Shown one piece after another: positions 40,881 through 51,279 of a stretch of 64,000 nt of DNA. How positions within the stretch are numbered: position 1 is the stretch's first letter; every line of letters starts with the position of its first letter. The stretch comes from Podarcis gaigeae (taxonomy: Eukaryota): the NCBI GenBank assembly GCA_964106915.2, contig OZ066914.1; one strand, 5' to 3'. Both the position numbers and the translations under genes were made by a program. The notes under the pieces were generated by a model, which did not search any database, was not told the DNA's origin, and was given only the letters and a program-made list of their open reading frames with translations.

Positions 40881-41240
40881 GGATGCGGGTGGCACTGTGG
40901 ATTAAACCACAGAGCCTAGGACCTGCCGATCAGAAGCTTGGCAGTTTGAATCCCCGCTACGGGGTGAGCTCCCGTTGCTTGATCCCTGCTCCTGCCAACC
41001 TAGCAGTTCGAAAGCATGTCAAAGTGCAAGTAGATAAATAGGTACCGCTCGGGCGGGAAGGTAAACGGCGATCCCGTGCGCTGCTCTGGTTCGCCAGAAG
41101 CGGCTTAGTCATGCTGGCCACATGACCTGGAAGCCATACGCCGGCTCCCCTGGCCAATAAAGCGAGATGAGCGCTGCAACCCCAGAGTCGGTCACGACTG
41201 GACCTAATGGTCAGGGGTCCCTTTACCTTTATCTTTACCT
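40881..41240 (+). mobile_element. Sauria (Squam1) SINE
   Basis: Same family; CCTTTACCTTT tail; TACCTGGA at both ends. Confidence 0.88.
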
Positions 41241-42549
41241 GGAGCCAAGTAACTTCTTTCTAGTAACAATAATATTTATACACAGATTTGTGCAGCATCA
41301 GTAATCTCTGACAGGCAACATTCAGAATTTTCTCCTCAAAGTTGGAAATACTGTACTGTATCTGTGGAGTGTGTGCTGGCATACCTACACAAGGCCATTA
41401 GTATTCTTGAAACTGTTCTTAAGATTAACACTGGCCAGTTCACCAGTTTAGACAGGCCTCTCCAGCTTTGCTCTTAAGTATCTCCTGAAGACAGTGGCCA
41501 CACTGCCAAAAGAAGATTAGGACGCAGCGGGGAATTTGCAAAAACCTCAGATGACTGCAGGCTTATCTAGACACAGAAACTGTACCAATTGAACTAACTT
41601 GCCTTCTAAATGCATGCAATTCAGCCTGTGCCATTCCAACTGTTATTGTTTTGGAATTAAAACAGTCATTTAGGCAACAAATGTGTTTGGGGGCAGGCCA
41701 ACTCAGCTACATTTGGTTATTCTAAAATGGATCACATTTCAGTAGGCCAGTGAAAGCTATTCAGTACACGTTTTCAGCACATACATATTGTAAGTGATTT
41801 AAAAAGCAAGAGATTCTAGCGTGTGGTGCTGGTGGCCATTTTTAGGGAGACGGCTTTTTTAAAACCCACATTTTTGACAAGAGCTGGAACTAGAGAAGCC
41901 AAAGCTTCTCTTACTGTACCTGCCCTACTGCTTTGTGCTTTCCTGCACACAAGACACCACTAACAGGCATATTCATAATACTGGAGTAAGTTTCCTGGTT
42001 CATACACAGACTTCCCAGAAAGGGGGGGGGGGATACTTCCTTTCCTACACCAGCTGCCTTTTTCCGCTTCCAATACTCATGTTTACCTCCATCCTACTGG
42101 TCCCAGTGCATTTCTTTCTTCGCCTCTCATGCTTTCTCCCCACCCAAATTAGGAACCATTTGCACCTTTCCTTGGGACCCATTTTTCAGGATGTGAACTG
42201 GCACATAGCCTGGCTCTCTACACCTTTTATAAAGGCAGCCGACCGGCGAGACTGATTCAGCCCAGCCCAGATTTCCAAATCAAAATATACAGGATTAGCA
42301 CCACCATAGCTCTAAGGCTATTTCAGAAACGACAACTAGGGATTTCCGTAAGCGTGCGAGCCAGCCAGCCAACCAGATCATTTTAAGGGAGAAGGGGATC
42401 CAGGATCTTGACCCCCCACAATTCCTCCCCCCATCCCCCCCATCCTGAACAGCCACGCTATCACATGCAAACCAGCCCCTTCACTCTCTTCTGCAAAGGA
42501 TCCCAATGCAACCCTGCCTGACAGGCATGCCCTCATCTCCCCCCACCCC

Positions 42550-43400
42550 TCCACACACACACGTCCGCAAGCCTTGTAAACACGGCCCCTCCTTGCTGGA
42601 GGAATCCGAGTTCACGCCGCCCCAGCCCTACGGAGAAGGGACGCCGCTTCCCTCCCCCCCCCCCCCCGCTTTCCGCAATACTGAGCCGAGGAGCCCTTTC
42701 CTAGGAAAAGGAACCGCAAGTCACTGCAAGACTCGGGCGAGCCGGGGAGTCCCCCGGGAGCCCCGCCCGACAGAGGCAGCCCCGGCCCCCCAGATACCTC
42801 CCCACCCCCCGCTTCTCCCCATAGCTAACGGCCCCTGCCCAAGTGACCTCCCTTTCCTCTCCCCACTACCAGCGCAACGGGGGACACCCCCCCCCCCCAG
42901 TTCCTCCTCGTCCGGGGCTGCCGCGCTTACAGTTCCTGATGTCGGAGATGAAGACGGCCAGCCCGCGCATCCCGTCCCCCTTCGACACAGCCGGCATCTT
43001 GGCGACAAAGCGAAGGCTCCCGCGGCCGCTGCTGCTGCTCCTGCTGCTGCTGCTGCCACCGCCGCTACTCGCTCTGAGGACCTTTAGCCTCTGAAGCCGC
43101 CTCTCCGCCCACGCCGCCGCCGCTGCTCCTGAGCGCAAGCGCGGCGCTTCGACTCCGTCGCCTCCCAGCCCAGCCCGACGGCTGCCAGACGGGGCCTCGA
43201 AGCGCCACCTCGTGTGCGGAGGAAGGAATGGGCGACGGGGGCCGCGGGGCTCAGCGCAGCCTCAGGCAGAAAGGGCCGGCGGGAGAGGCGCCCCGTGGAA
43301 ATCCCGGGGGGGGGGTGTTCCCCAAAATTAGCTTGCGTAGGATGGAAAGATGCCGCACGTAGGCGTTGGCTCTCGGGTTACTGACGCGGGTGCAGTCTCA
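42550..43400 (-). promoter_or_regulatory. AP2A2: AP2A2 CpG-island promoter and 5' UTR
   Basis: Very GC- and CpG-rich around exon 1; NRF1-like GCGCAAGCGC at about 43133-43142; G-runs on the - strand downstream of the donor. Confidence 0.85.
42931..42997 (-). CDS. AP2A2: AP-2 complex subunit alpha-2, coding exon 1 ([22 protein letters not shown])
   Basis: Translation is the alpha-adaptin N-terminus; ATG at 42997 in context gccaagATG; GTAAG donor after 42931; 67 nt; lies in a CpG island. Confidence 0.97.
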
Positions 43401-43442
43401 CACATGTCTACTCAAAAGTCAGACCCACAATTTTTTTAAAAA

Positions 43443-43475
43443 GCTTCTCGACCTTTTGGCTAAGATCAAGTGTAG
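43443..43475 (+). pseudogene. RNU2 pseudogene: U2 snRNA 5' fragment (nt 4-36) retrocopy
   Basis: GCTTCTCGaCCTTTTGGCTAAGATCAAGTGTAG matches U2 at 32/33; flanked by direct repeat CACAATTTTTTTAAAAAGC at 43426-43444 and 43476-43494. Confidence 0.9.
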
Positions 43476-44303
43476 CACAATTTTTTTAAAAAGCAAACGC
43501 GTGTTCAAGTATTTCTACTCAGAAGTAAGTCTTACTGAGTCCAACGGGACTTACTTCCAGGAAAGTGAGAGAAGGGCCGCCTTACAGTGCAATCCTATAT
43601 ATGCCTACTCAGAAGTAAGGCCACTTGAGTTCAACAGGCTTATAATACACCCACGTGAGAGATGCAGCAGGCAGGAGAAAGATAAGCTCTTAGCTTTTTA
43701 CTGGCATTCAGCAGACAAACTGTCAAACCGACATCTGAAATTGCCCTTAGATATCTTGGGGTCAATGGGCAAATATTCAGAGCATTTGGGACTAGTGTGT
43801 AAGTCATTGCACAAGAGAGGAAAGGCTGAGTCTTAGCAATAAGAAAAGTGTTTTGTTTTAATTAATGCATAACTAAAACAAAATTGGTCATTTTCATTTT
43901 AGTATTGCATTGACCAAAACTATTTAAAAAAAATAAATTTATTTATACTTTTCAGATATATAAATCAGCACTGCCCCACACCTACAAATATTATTGAAAA
44001 GCATTGAAAGTACTCAATTATCTGAGGTTCTGCCCTCCCAAGCAGAAGCTTGTTCCCCACAATATCCTATTTACAGAGTATTTTTACCCTTGATTTCCCA
44101 AGAGAAACTCAACAACTTTGATTTTCGAAAAAAAGCTCAACAACTTTTATTTCCTACACTGCTATGAGACTTAAAGGGAAACTAGAATGAATTAATGAAT
44201 GAATGATAATTGCAAACACATTAGGTAGACCCTGTGAGCTTCGTTTGATGGTGATACCACTTACTGGGAATACCCAAAGTGGTTAGGGTAGGGCCACTGT
44301 AAA

Positions 44304-44690
44304 CAGGGCCATCTTTAGCAAATGCACCACTGGGGTGCAAAGGTCCACCCACTGCCCCCAATTTGGGGAGACACGTCAAAGTTGTTGAGGTTTTAAGGAG
44401 GGAAAAAGCAAAAACCGCTAACATGAAAAAAAAAAAGCGACAGCGATAGCTCCATCTTCAGTTTTTGTGATCATGCGAAAATGAAAGATACCACTAGGGG
44501 GTGCCACAGAATACATTGATTCTGCAACTTTTCCGCAAAAGAGAATGGAAGTGACCCAGCAATTGACCGCGATCAACCACCAGGCACGGTTAAGAGCTTA
44601 GGTGGCTTCAGGAGTGGACACCTGGCGCCTCCCAGAATTCAGCACCCGGGTGCCCTGCACCCCGTGCACCCCCAGGTAGAGATGGCCCTG
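44304..44690. mobile_element. hAT non-autonomous element
   Basis: TIR CAGGGCCATCT; perfect TSD ACTGTAAA. Confidence 0.88.
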
Positions 44691-45067
44691 ACTGTAAAAA
44701 CAATTACAGCCTTGCTTGGATATTGCCAGCTGATAATTCTGTGTGGGGAGGGCATGATGCCCATTTCCTCTCTTCAGTGTCTCTTAATTTCCTCCTGCTG
44801 TGTTTCCTTCCTCAATGAGGCCCCTATCAAAGGCCTTACTTTTACTTGGGTGCTGTTTTTACTTTTATTGCCATTTTTAAAAATGTTACATTTTAATGTT
44901 CTCCTTCTTCCAGTTTGCTGGCTTGCTTTTCTGCATCTCTGGTTTCCCCCCTTTCCCTAGCTACTGTTGTTCATGAACATTTATTTTCCATTGCTGGTCT
45001 TCTGTGAGTTGCCCTGTGATTCTGAGCAAGGAGCTGCCATGCCCAGGGTGAACATCACTACTTCTGT

Positions 45068-45940
45068 TGGAGGATGGTGGCGGTTAACAGATTGAGGTTG
45101 AATCCTGACAAGACAGAAGTACTGTTTTGGGGGGACAGGAGGTGGGCAGGTGTGGAGGACTCCTTGGTCCTGAATGGGGTAACTGTGCCCCTGAAGAACC
45201 AGGTGCGCAGCCTGGGAGTCATTCTGGGCACACAGCTGTCCATGGAGGCGCAAGTAAATTCTGTGTCCAGGGCAGCTGTGTACCAGCTCCATCTGATAAG
45301 CAGGCTGAGACCCTACCTGCCCGCAGACTGTCTCGGCAGAGTTCTGCATGCTCTGGTTATCTCCCGGTTGGACTACTGCAATGAGCTCTATGTGGGGCTA
45401 ACTTTGAAGGTGACCCAGAAACTACAACTAATCCAGAATGCGGTCAGCTAGACTGGTGACTGGGAGCGGCCGCTGAGACCATATAACACCGGTCTTGAAA
45501 GACCTACACTGGCTCCCAGTACGTTTCCGAGCACAATTCAAAGTGTTGGTGCTGACCTTTAAAGCCCTAAATGGCCTCGGTCCAGTATACCTGAAGGAGC
45601 GTCTCCACCTCCATCGTTCTGCCCAGACACTGAGGTCCAGTGCCGAGGGCCTTCTGGCGGTTCCCTCGCTACAAGAAGCCAAGTTACAGGGAACCAGGCA
45701 AAGGGCCTTCTCGATAGTGGCACTTGCCCTGTGGAACGCCCTCCCACCAGATGTCAAAGAGAAAAATAACTACCAAACTTTTAGAAGACATCTGAAGGCA
45801 GCCCTGTTTAGGGCAGCTTTTAATGTTGAATAGGTTATTGTATTTTAGTGTTCTGTTGGAAGCCATCCAGAGTGGCTGGGGAAACACAGCCAGATGGGCG
45901 GGGTATAAATAATAAATTGTTGTTGTTGTTGTTGTTGTTG
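45068..45940 (+). mobile_element. L2-like LINE 3' fragment
   Basis: NRLRLNPDKTEVL, SRLDYCN and LHWLPVRFRAQFK; ends in TATAAATAATAAA followed by (GTT)n. Confidence 0.9.
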
Positions 45941-46270
45941 TTCTGTCCACACACTGTGCTCCCAACTTCACCTCTCCTCTTGATTCCCCTCCATCTGCCC
46001 ACCATCTGTCATCAAGTCTTTCTCTTTTAATCTAGCATCCGGACACTTGCTGTTAGATGAAGTCCTCCTATGTACTTGTGTGTCATACCTTGCTTTCTGC
46101 CTCTGCCTCCAGGTGCTGTTCAACCCTTTGCTTTCTATAATCTCAGGGGTGGTGGAATCTGTGATTGTCCAGATGTTGTTGGGACTCTAGCTCCCATGAG
46201 CTCCAGCCCTGCCGTCAGGAATGATGGGAGTTGGAGTCAAGCAATGTCTAGAGGAGCACAGGGTCCTACA

Positions 46271-46502
46271 AAGAAGAGTTTGGATTTGATATCCCGCTTT
46301 ATCACTACCCTAAGGAGTCTCAAAGTGGCTAACATTCTCCTTTCCCTCCCTCCCCCACAACAAACACTCTGTGAGGTGAGTGAGGCTGAGAGACTTCAGA
46401 GAAGTGTGACTAGCCCAAGGTCACCCAGCAGCTGCATGTGGAGGAGCGGAGACACCAGATTACAAGACTACCGCTCTTAACCACTACACCACACTGTCTC
46501 TC
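46271..46502 (-). mobile_element. Squam3-like SINE
   Basis: Reverse complement of the 54148 copy. Confidence 0.8.
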
Positions 46503-46760
46503 AAACTGCTACATCCACACTCAGCTGTCCATTTCAATATGAGAAACTGGTAGCTATTGTGCTCTATAGACTGTGGTTGATCATATCGGTAAGAGAAAGA
46601 AACTGTGCCCACATGCTCATGTATATACCCACTTAATTGACAAAGAAACTGTGCCCATCTGGTCCTCTTTTTTTTTGCCAACCACAATGTGTGAATGTGA
46701 GAGTAACATTTCCACATGTTATTACTATGGGTGCTTGCTTCAGGGACCACAGCGTTTTGT

Positions 46761-47010
46761 CTGAAGAAAGGAGACTGGCTGTTAGGACCTTGTGCTGATG
46801 CTCCCCACCTGAGGGGAACCTGGCAGACTGGCCACTGTGTCCTCAGTGATGATGTTGCTGGCCTGAAGACTGGCCATTGTGACCTTCTGCTGATGCAGCC
46901 CACCTGATGAAAGCAGACTGGCCTCTGTATTCTCATGCTGATACTATTTGTGAAGACTAAGCACTGTGATGTGCTGCTGATACAACTTGCCTAATGAAGA
47001 GAGACTGGAC
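46761..47010. repeat. Degenerate tandem repeat with 39-53 bp units
   Basis: AGACT(GG) anchors at 46772, 46825, 46867, 46915, 46954 and 47002, each followed by a (G)CTGAT-like block. Confidence 0.8.
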
Positions 47011-47321
47011 AATAAGGGAGTGCCAGGAGGGAAAAGCCTTGCTGAAGGAAAACCATCTTGCTGAAAAAGGGGACAATGATGTCTACAGGTGGGTTTGTTT
47101 GTTTTAATTTTAAGTTCTGCTCTTCAGGACTAAAGAGGTGACTGTAAAGAATGAGGGAAATGCAAAGGCTTCTGAGAAAGAAGCTGTACATGATCTAGAA
47201 CATGGAAATGTGTAATTCCTCACACCATCTCTACTTTTCTCCCCTGGCAAGCTGTATTATCGCATGCATTATCCCATAGATGAACATAGGCAGAAGTCCA
47301 GTTGAGGTTGGTCCTTTAGGA

Positions 47322-47457
47322 CAGTGTTTCCCAACCTTGTGCCTCCAGATGTTTTTGGCCTACAACTCCCATCATCCCTGACCACTGGTCTTGCTAGCTA
47401 GGGATGATGGGAGTTGTAGGCCAAAAACATCTGGAGGCACAAGGTTGGGAAACACTG
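47322..47457. mobile_element. Palindromic hAT MITE
   Basis: Perfect long arms; TSD CTTTAGGA on both sides. Confidence 0.9.
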
Positions 47458-48447
47458 CTTTAGGACAAATGGGGCACTGCCCCACCAAGATCATTCTGTC
47501 CTTGGTTAGCCCCCACCTACCTGCCTTCTTACTTGCATCCAGTCCAGGGAGGTAGCACTGGTTGTCAGTCTCTTCTTAATCTCAGTGTTGCCTCTCACAG
47601 GGCAGTTTGTAAGCAAATGTTCCCAAATATCCTTAAGATTCCCCTTCAGACCATCCCACTGAACCCAAGAAGGTTGGAAGTGGAGCATGTGTGCACAGCA
47701 TGCACAGGAACATTGGCTGGTATGCATGGGCTACACTCTCTCTCCACTAAACAGGGCTATGGTTGCTTTTTGAATGCTAGGAACATGCACCTTCTCTGCA
47801 AGAGAAGAATTTATCTCAAGGGTGGATATCTTCATGTATCTTAACAATCTTGGTAACCATTGCACCAATGGTGTTGAACCTGTGGCCCTCCAGAAGTTTT
47901 TGGACCACAGTTCTCATAATCCCTGGTCATTGGCTATGCTGGCAGGGGCTGATGGGTGTCAGAGGCAGAAAATATCTGGTGGGCCATAGGTTCAAGACCC
48001 CTTGCAGTACACAGAACCTGAGTAAGGTAAGAGTGAAGGTGCTCACAGGCCCTGAGCCGTGATAGCATTAAGTACCCTGCCATCCTTAGAGTTCCACGCT
48101 GAGGCTAGCTAAAAGGAGACAAAGGGATCCCTAAATATATACTGGCACTTACCACTTAAGATACAATACAGGCAGCAAAATCAGGCCAGCGTATGGGGTG
48201 GAAATATTAAAAGAGGAAACAGGAAACAAAACACATAAGGTTCCCAACTTGTCACACCAGTAGGGCTCCTGTGCCTTGGACAACTGCCCAATGGACAGCA
48301 GAAGAACAAGCTCCAGTTCTATGTGAAGAATCCCATCACCTGTTGTATGCATAAGCTGTCTGCCTATCAAGAAGCTAGCAAGGATACAAGAGCAAGTAGG
48401 TTGGCAGCTCAAAGAGGAACAACCAGCAGCATCCTGAACATGGTATG

Positions 48448-48968
48448 TGTGGCATTTGCCCTATGTGTGTGACATCACACTGGGTTCATAGTGAAAGGGT
48501 TAACTAATTGTAAAATGACTAACCAATGGGAACTCAGGGGGCAGAGTTAACTGTGTATAAGGTTTAAGTACAGAGGGGGTTTTGAGTGAGTTAGAGTTAG
48601 AGCTGTTGAGAAGACAATCTGGAGTTAGAAGAGACAGAGAAGATAAGTCTGTGGGTTGGGCTAGTTTGGTGTGAGAGAGTGAGAGAATTTGTTAAGAGGA
48701 GTCAGTCAAACAGTTGAGATAATCATCCAGAAGGTATAGGTTGGTAAAGAAACTAAAGTTAAGATACTGACAGGAATATTATCTGAGAAACCATAAACTT
48801 GTTAATGTTTGTAAAATAAATTTGGGGGGTTTTTTGGTTCACTTTTAACAGCTGACTGGACTCAGTGTTTTACCAGAGAGTAACTGGATGTTGGCAGTGG
48901 GGAAGCGAGCACAGTTGTGGCACAGGGATCAATAGACCATTAAACGGGGACCCTGTGTGATTGCCACA
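48448..48968 (+). mobile_element. Solo LTR
   Basis: TGTGGCA...TGCCACA ends; perfect 5-bp TSD GTATG; CCAAT, TATAA and AATAAA in order. Confidence 0.88.
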
Positions 48969-49241
48969 GTATGGGAGATTAGCAACTAAACCTAACAAAT
49001 GCATATTATTGCTAGTTAGCATGAGAAGGGAGTAATGCCCCAGAGCTGTACTGCTGACAGGCAGATATTCAAACCATAGAGATACAGTTGGTAGAGTTGG
49101 CTCTGTGTGATGTAATTTCTCCTCGCCTAAAGAGGAAGGAGCAGATAGTACTTCCTGTCCCTCTCATCCTTTGACAAGCATTGAATGCAGCCTTTGCTGT
49201 GAACCAATGCTTTATTATAATGTAATTATCTCCTCTCCTAC

Positions 49242-49379
49242 CATGGGCGTAGACAAGTGGGAGCAGCTGCCCCCCATCACGTAAAACAATAGAAATACTT
49301 AATTGACCAATCATGTCGATTCTGCCCCCCAAAACAGAAGTCCTGCCCCCTCCTAACAAAAATCATGGCTACACCCATG
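49242..49379. mobile_element. Small TIR element
   Basis: CATGGGCGTAG ... CTACACCCATG; TSD not clean. Confidence 0.6.
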
Positions 49380-51279
49380 TGTTCCCTACCCATTAAAAGC
49401 CACCACACACCTTGCTAGTGACAAGATGGGCCTGTCTCCTGGCCTGCATGGAACAGAGTGTGGGAGAAGATTGTGTATCTGTGGGAGAGTAGCCTATAGA
49501 ACAAATGAGCAATAGGCAGCAGCTGTAGCACAAAGTCCTTGAACAGGTGAGGAGATGTGAGCTGAAAGTAAGCACCTGAGTGCTGGTGGTTTAGTGTCCT
49601 GGAGGGATGTGGAGACTACAGTGATTGAGACCTTGGGGATTGTACTTGAACTGTGTATGTGCAAGAGTAGCTTCTTCTGTGCTGGGACTGTGATCCTGCA
49701 AGGCAAAGTGTTTGGTCAGCAATTGCAGTGGAGTGGGTGCCGGCCCTGCGTGAGAGGAACTGTTCCTACCATTCCAGGGAACAGAGTGTCCCAGCAATGC
49801 TGTTTGGGTAAGAGGAAGTATTCATATATAGCAGAGTGGTGGGAGGGAGAAAATGGAAGGCAGTTGTTGCAATGATACCCTGTGACAATTTTGCTTCGTT
49901 CTCTGTATGGTTTTATTTAGGGCTTTTGCAGACTATTATATGCCCCGCCCTGTGATTAATGTCCTGAAAGATCTTAGGCTGCATTATCTGATATCTCTGC
50001 TAGAAAAAGGGAGATTTCCTGTACTTGTATCACACCATAGTTTTAAAAACTACTATTATTAGTAGGTAACAGCACAATTCTAACCAGTCTACTCAGAATT
50101 AGTCCTATTGGAAGTAAGTGGCAATCTAACACTGCCAAGCATTGCATTTTCTCAGGTACAAAATATTTTGGTCTAAGTGTTGACAAAATATATTGTTTCT
50201 GCAACAATTAAGCAGCCAGCCATGAAACATGAATCAGAACTGTGAATACTCTGAGCCTAATGTAAAGTTAAAAATTCAGCACAAATCATTTTATTTTATT
50301 GCATAATTCACTTCACTTCTGCGCAGCTGCACTGGACACAAACCCCCACTTTGTGCCTGTTAAAAATCTGATTCAACCACTCCTCCTTTTCTGAGATTTC
50401 TTTAGGCATTTATTGTCTAGCTTTGTTTGCTACATAATAGCTAGAAACCTCCTTTAAAATGAAAATAGGAAGCTTGAGATTTTTAGGAACCACATTCTGT
50501 TTCACTTCTGTACTTGTGTGGAATAAACCCAGCCCAGGGTAAGATGTATGCAGAAATCTGCATTTATGGTGCAGGCAAAAGAGATAATAGACTTCCATGT
50601 TTATGTTCATATTATGAAACAAGGATACCCTACCTTTGAATACTTGTGTACAAATGAAATTTCTACATGGGAAGTTTTATTTTAACCTCCCACTACAATA
50701 ACTACTACAGCAAGGCAAAACGAGAGAAAAGGAAAAAAAGCTCACGCAGTTCTTAAAAGGAAGAAAATTCTGTCCTTTTATATTTGATTATCTACCCAGA
50801 TAAACATCAAGGCAGTAAATCTGTGCCGCTTGCTTGGGAGGAAGCCCCCTTAGTTACTTCCGAGTAAAGGTCAACATTCTTGGATTCAGGGGAAATAAAG
50901 TCCAGTAGCGCTTGTGGAAATCGATCAGAAACCGCCATGTTCGAACATGGCTCTTTAAGAGATGCCTTTGGGATGTTCTCTAATTTGGAAGGAAACCCCG
51001 CGAAAATGGGCAAGACCTGCTTGACAACGCAGCAAGCTTCCTTATACCGAGTCTGATCTGCATTTCCCATGCCACCCTTTCCCAAGCTGGCACCCTCCAG
51101 ATGTTTCCGACTACAACTCCCATCAGTCCCAGCCGGCTGTGAGTTGTAATACCAAGCACGATGTGGAGGGCGCCAGGTTGGAGAAGGTTGGTGTACCCCG
51201 CCAGAGGTTCAGTAAAGCTTCAATGTTTTTCGGGTGTGTGTTTCCTACCTGGACTTTACGTCCGAGGAAACAGGGAAAC

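Noticed and set aside
1391-42997. Assignment to the paralogue AP2A1
   Set aside because: FMGLALH and IIHHDS residues and adjacency to CHID1 indicate AP2A2
42506-43087. 193-aa Pro/Ala-rich ORF on the + strand
   Set aside because: Antisense to AP2A2 exon 1 in GC-rich, stop-poor DNA; low complexity
46846-46907. GTGATGA ... CTGA suggesting a C/D box snoRNA, and repeated CTGANGA suggesting hammerheads
   Set aside because: The motifs are by-products of the tandem repeat. There is no terminal stem, the site is intergenic, and no stem II plus GAAA follows the CTGANGA boxes.
46761-47010. Repeat array superficially resembling CRISPR
   Set aside because: The units are degenerate and the intervening parts are homologous to each other rather than unique spacers; vertebrate DNA with no cas genes.
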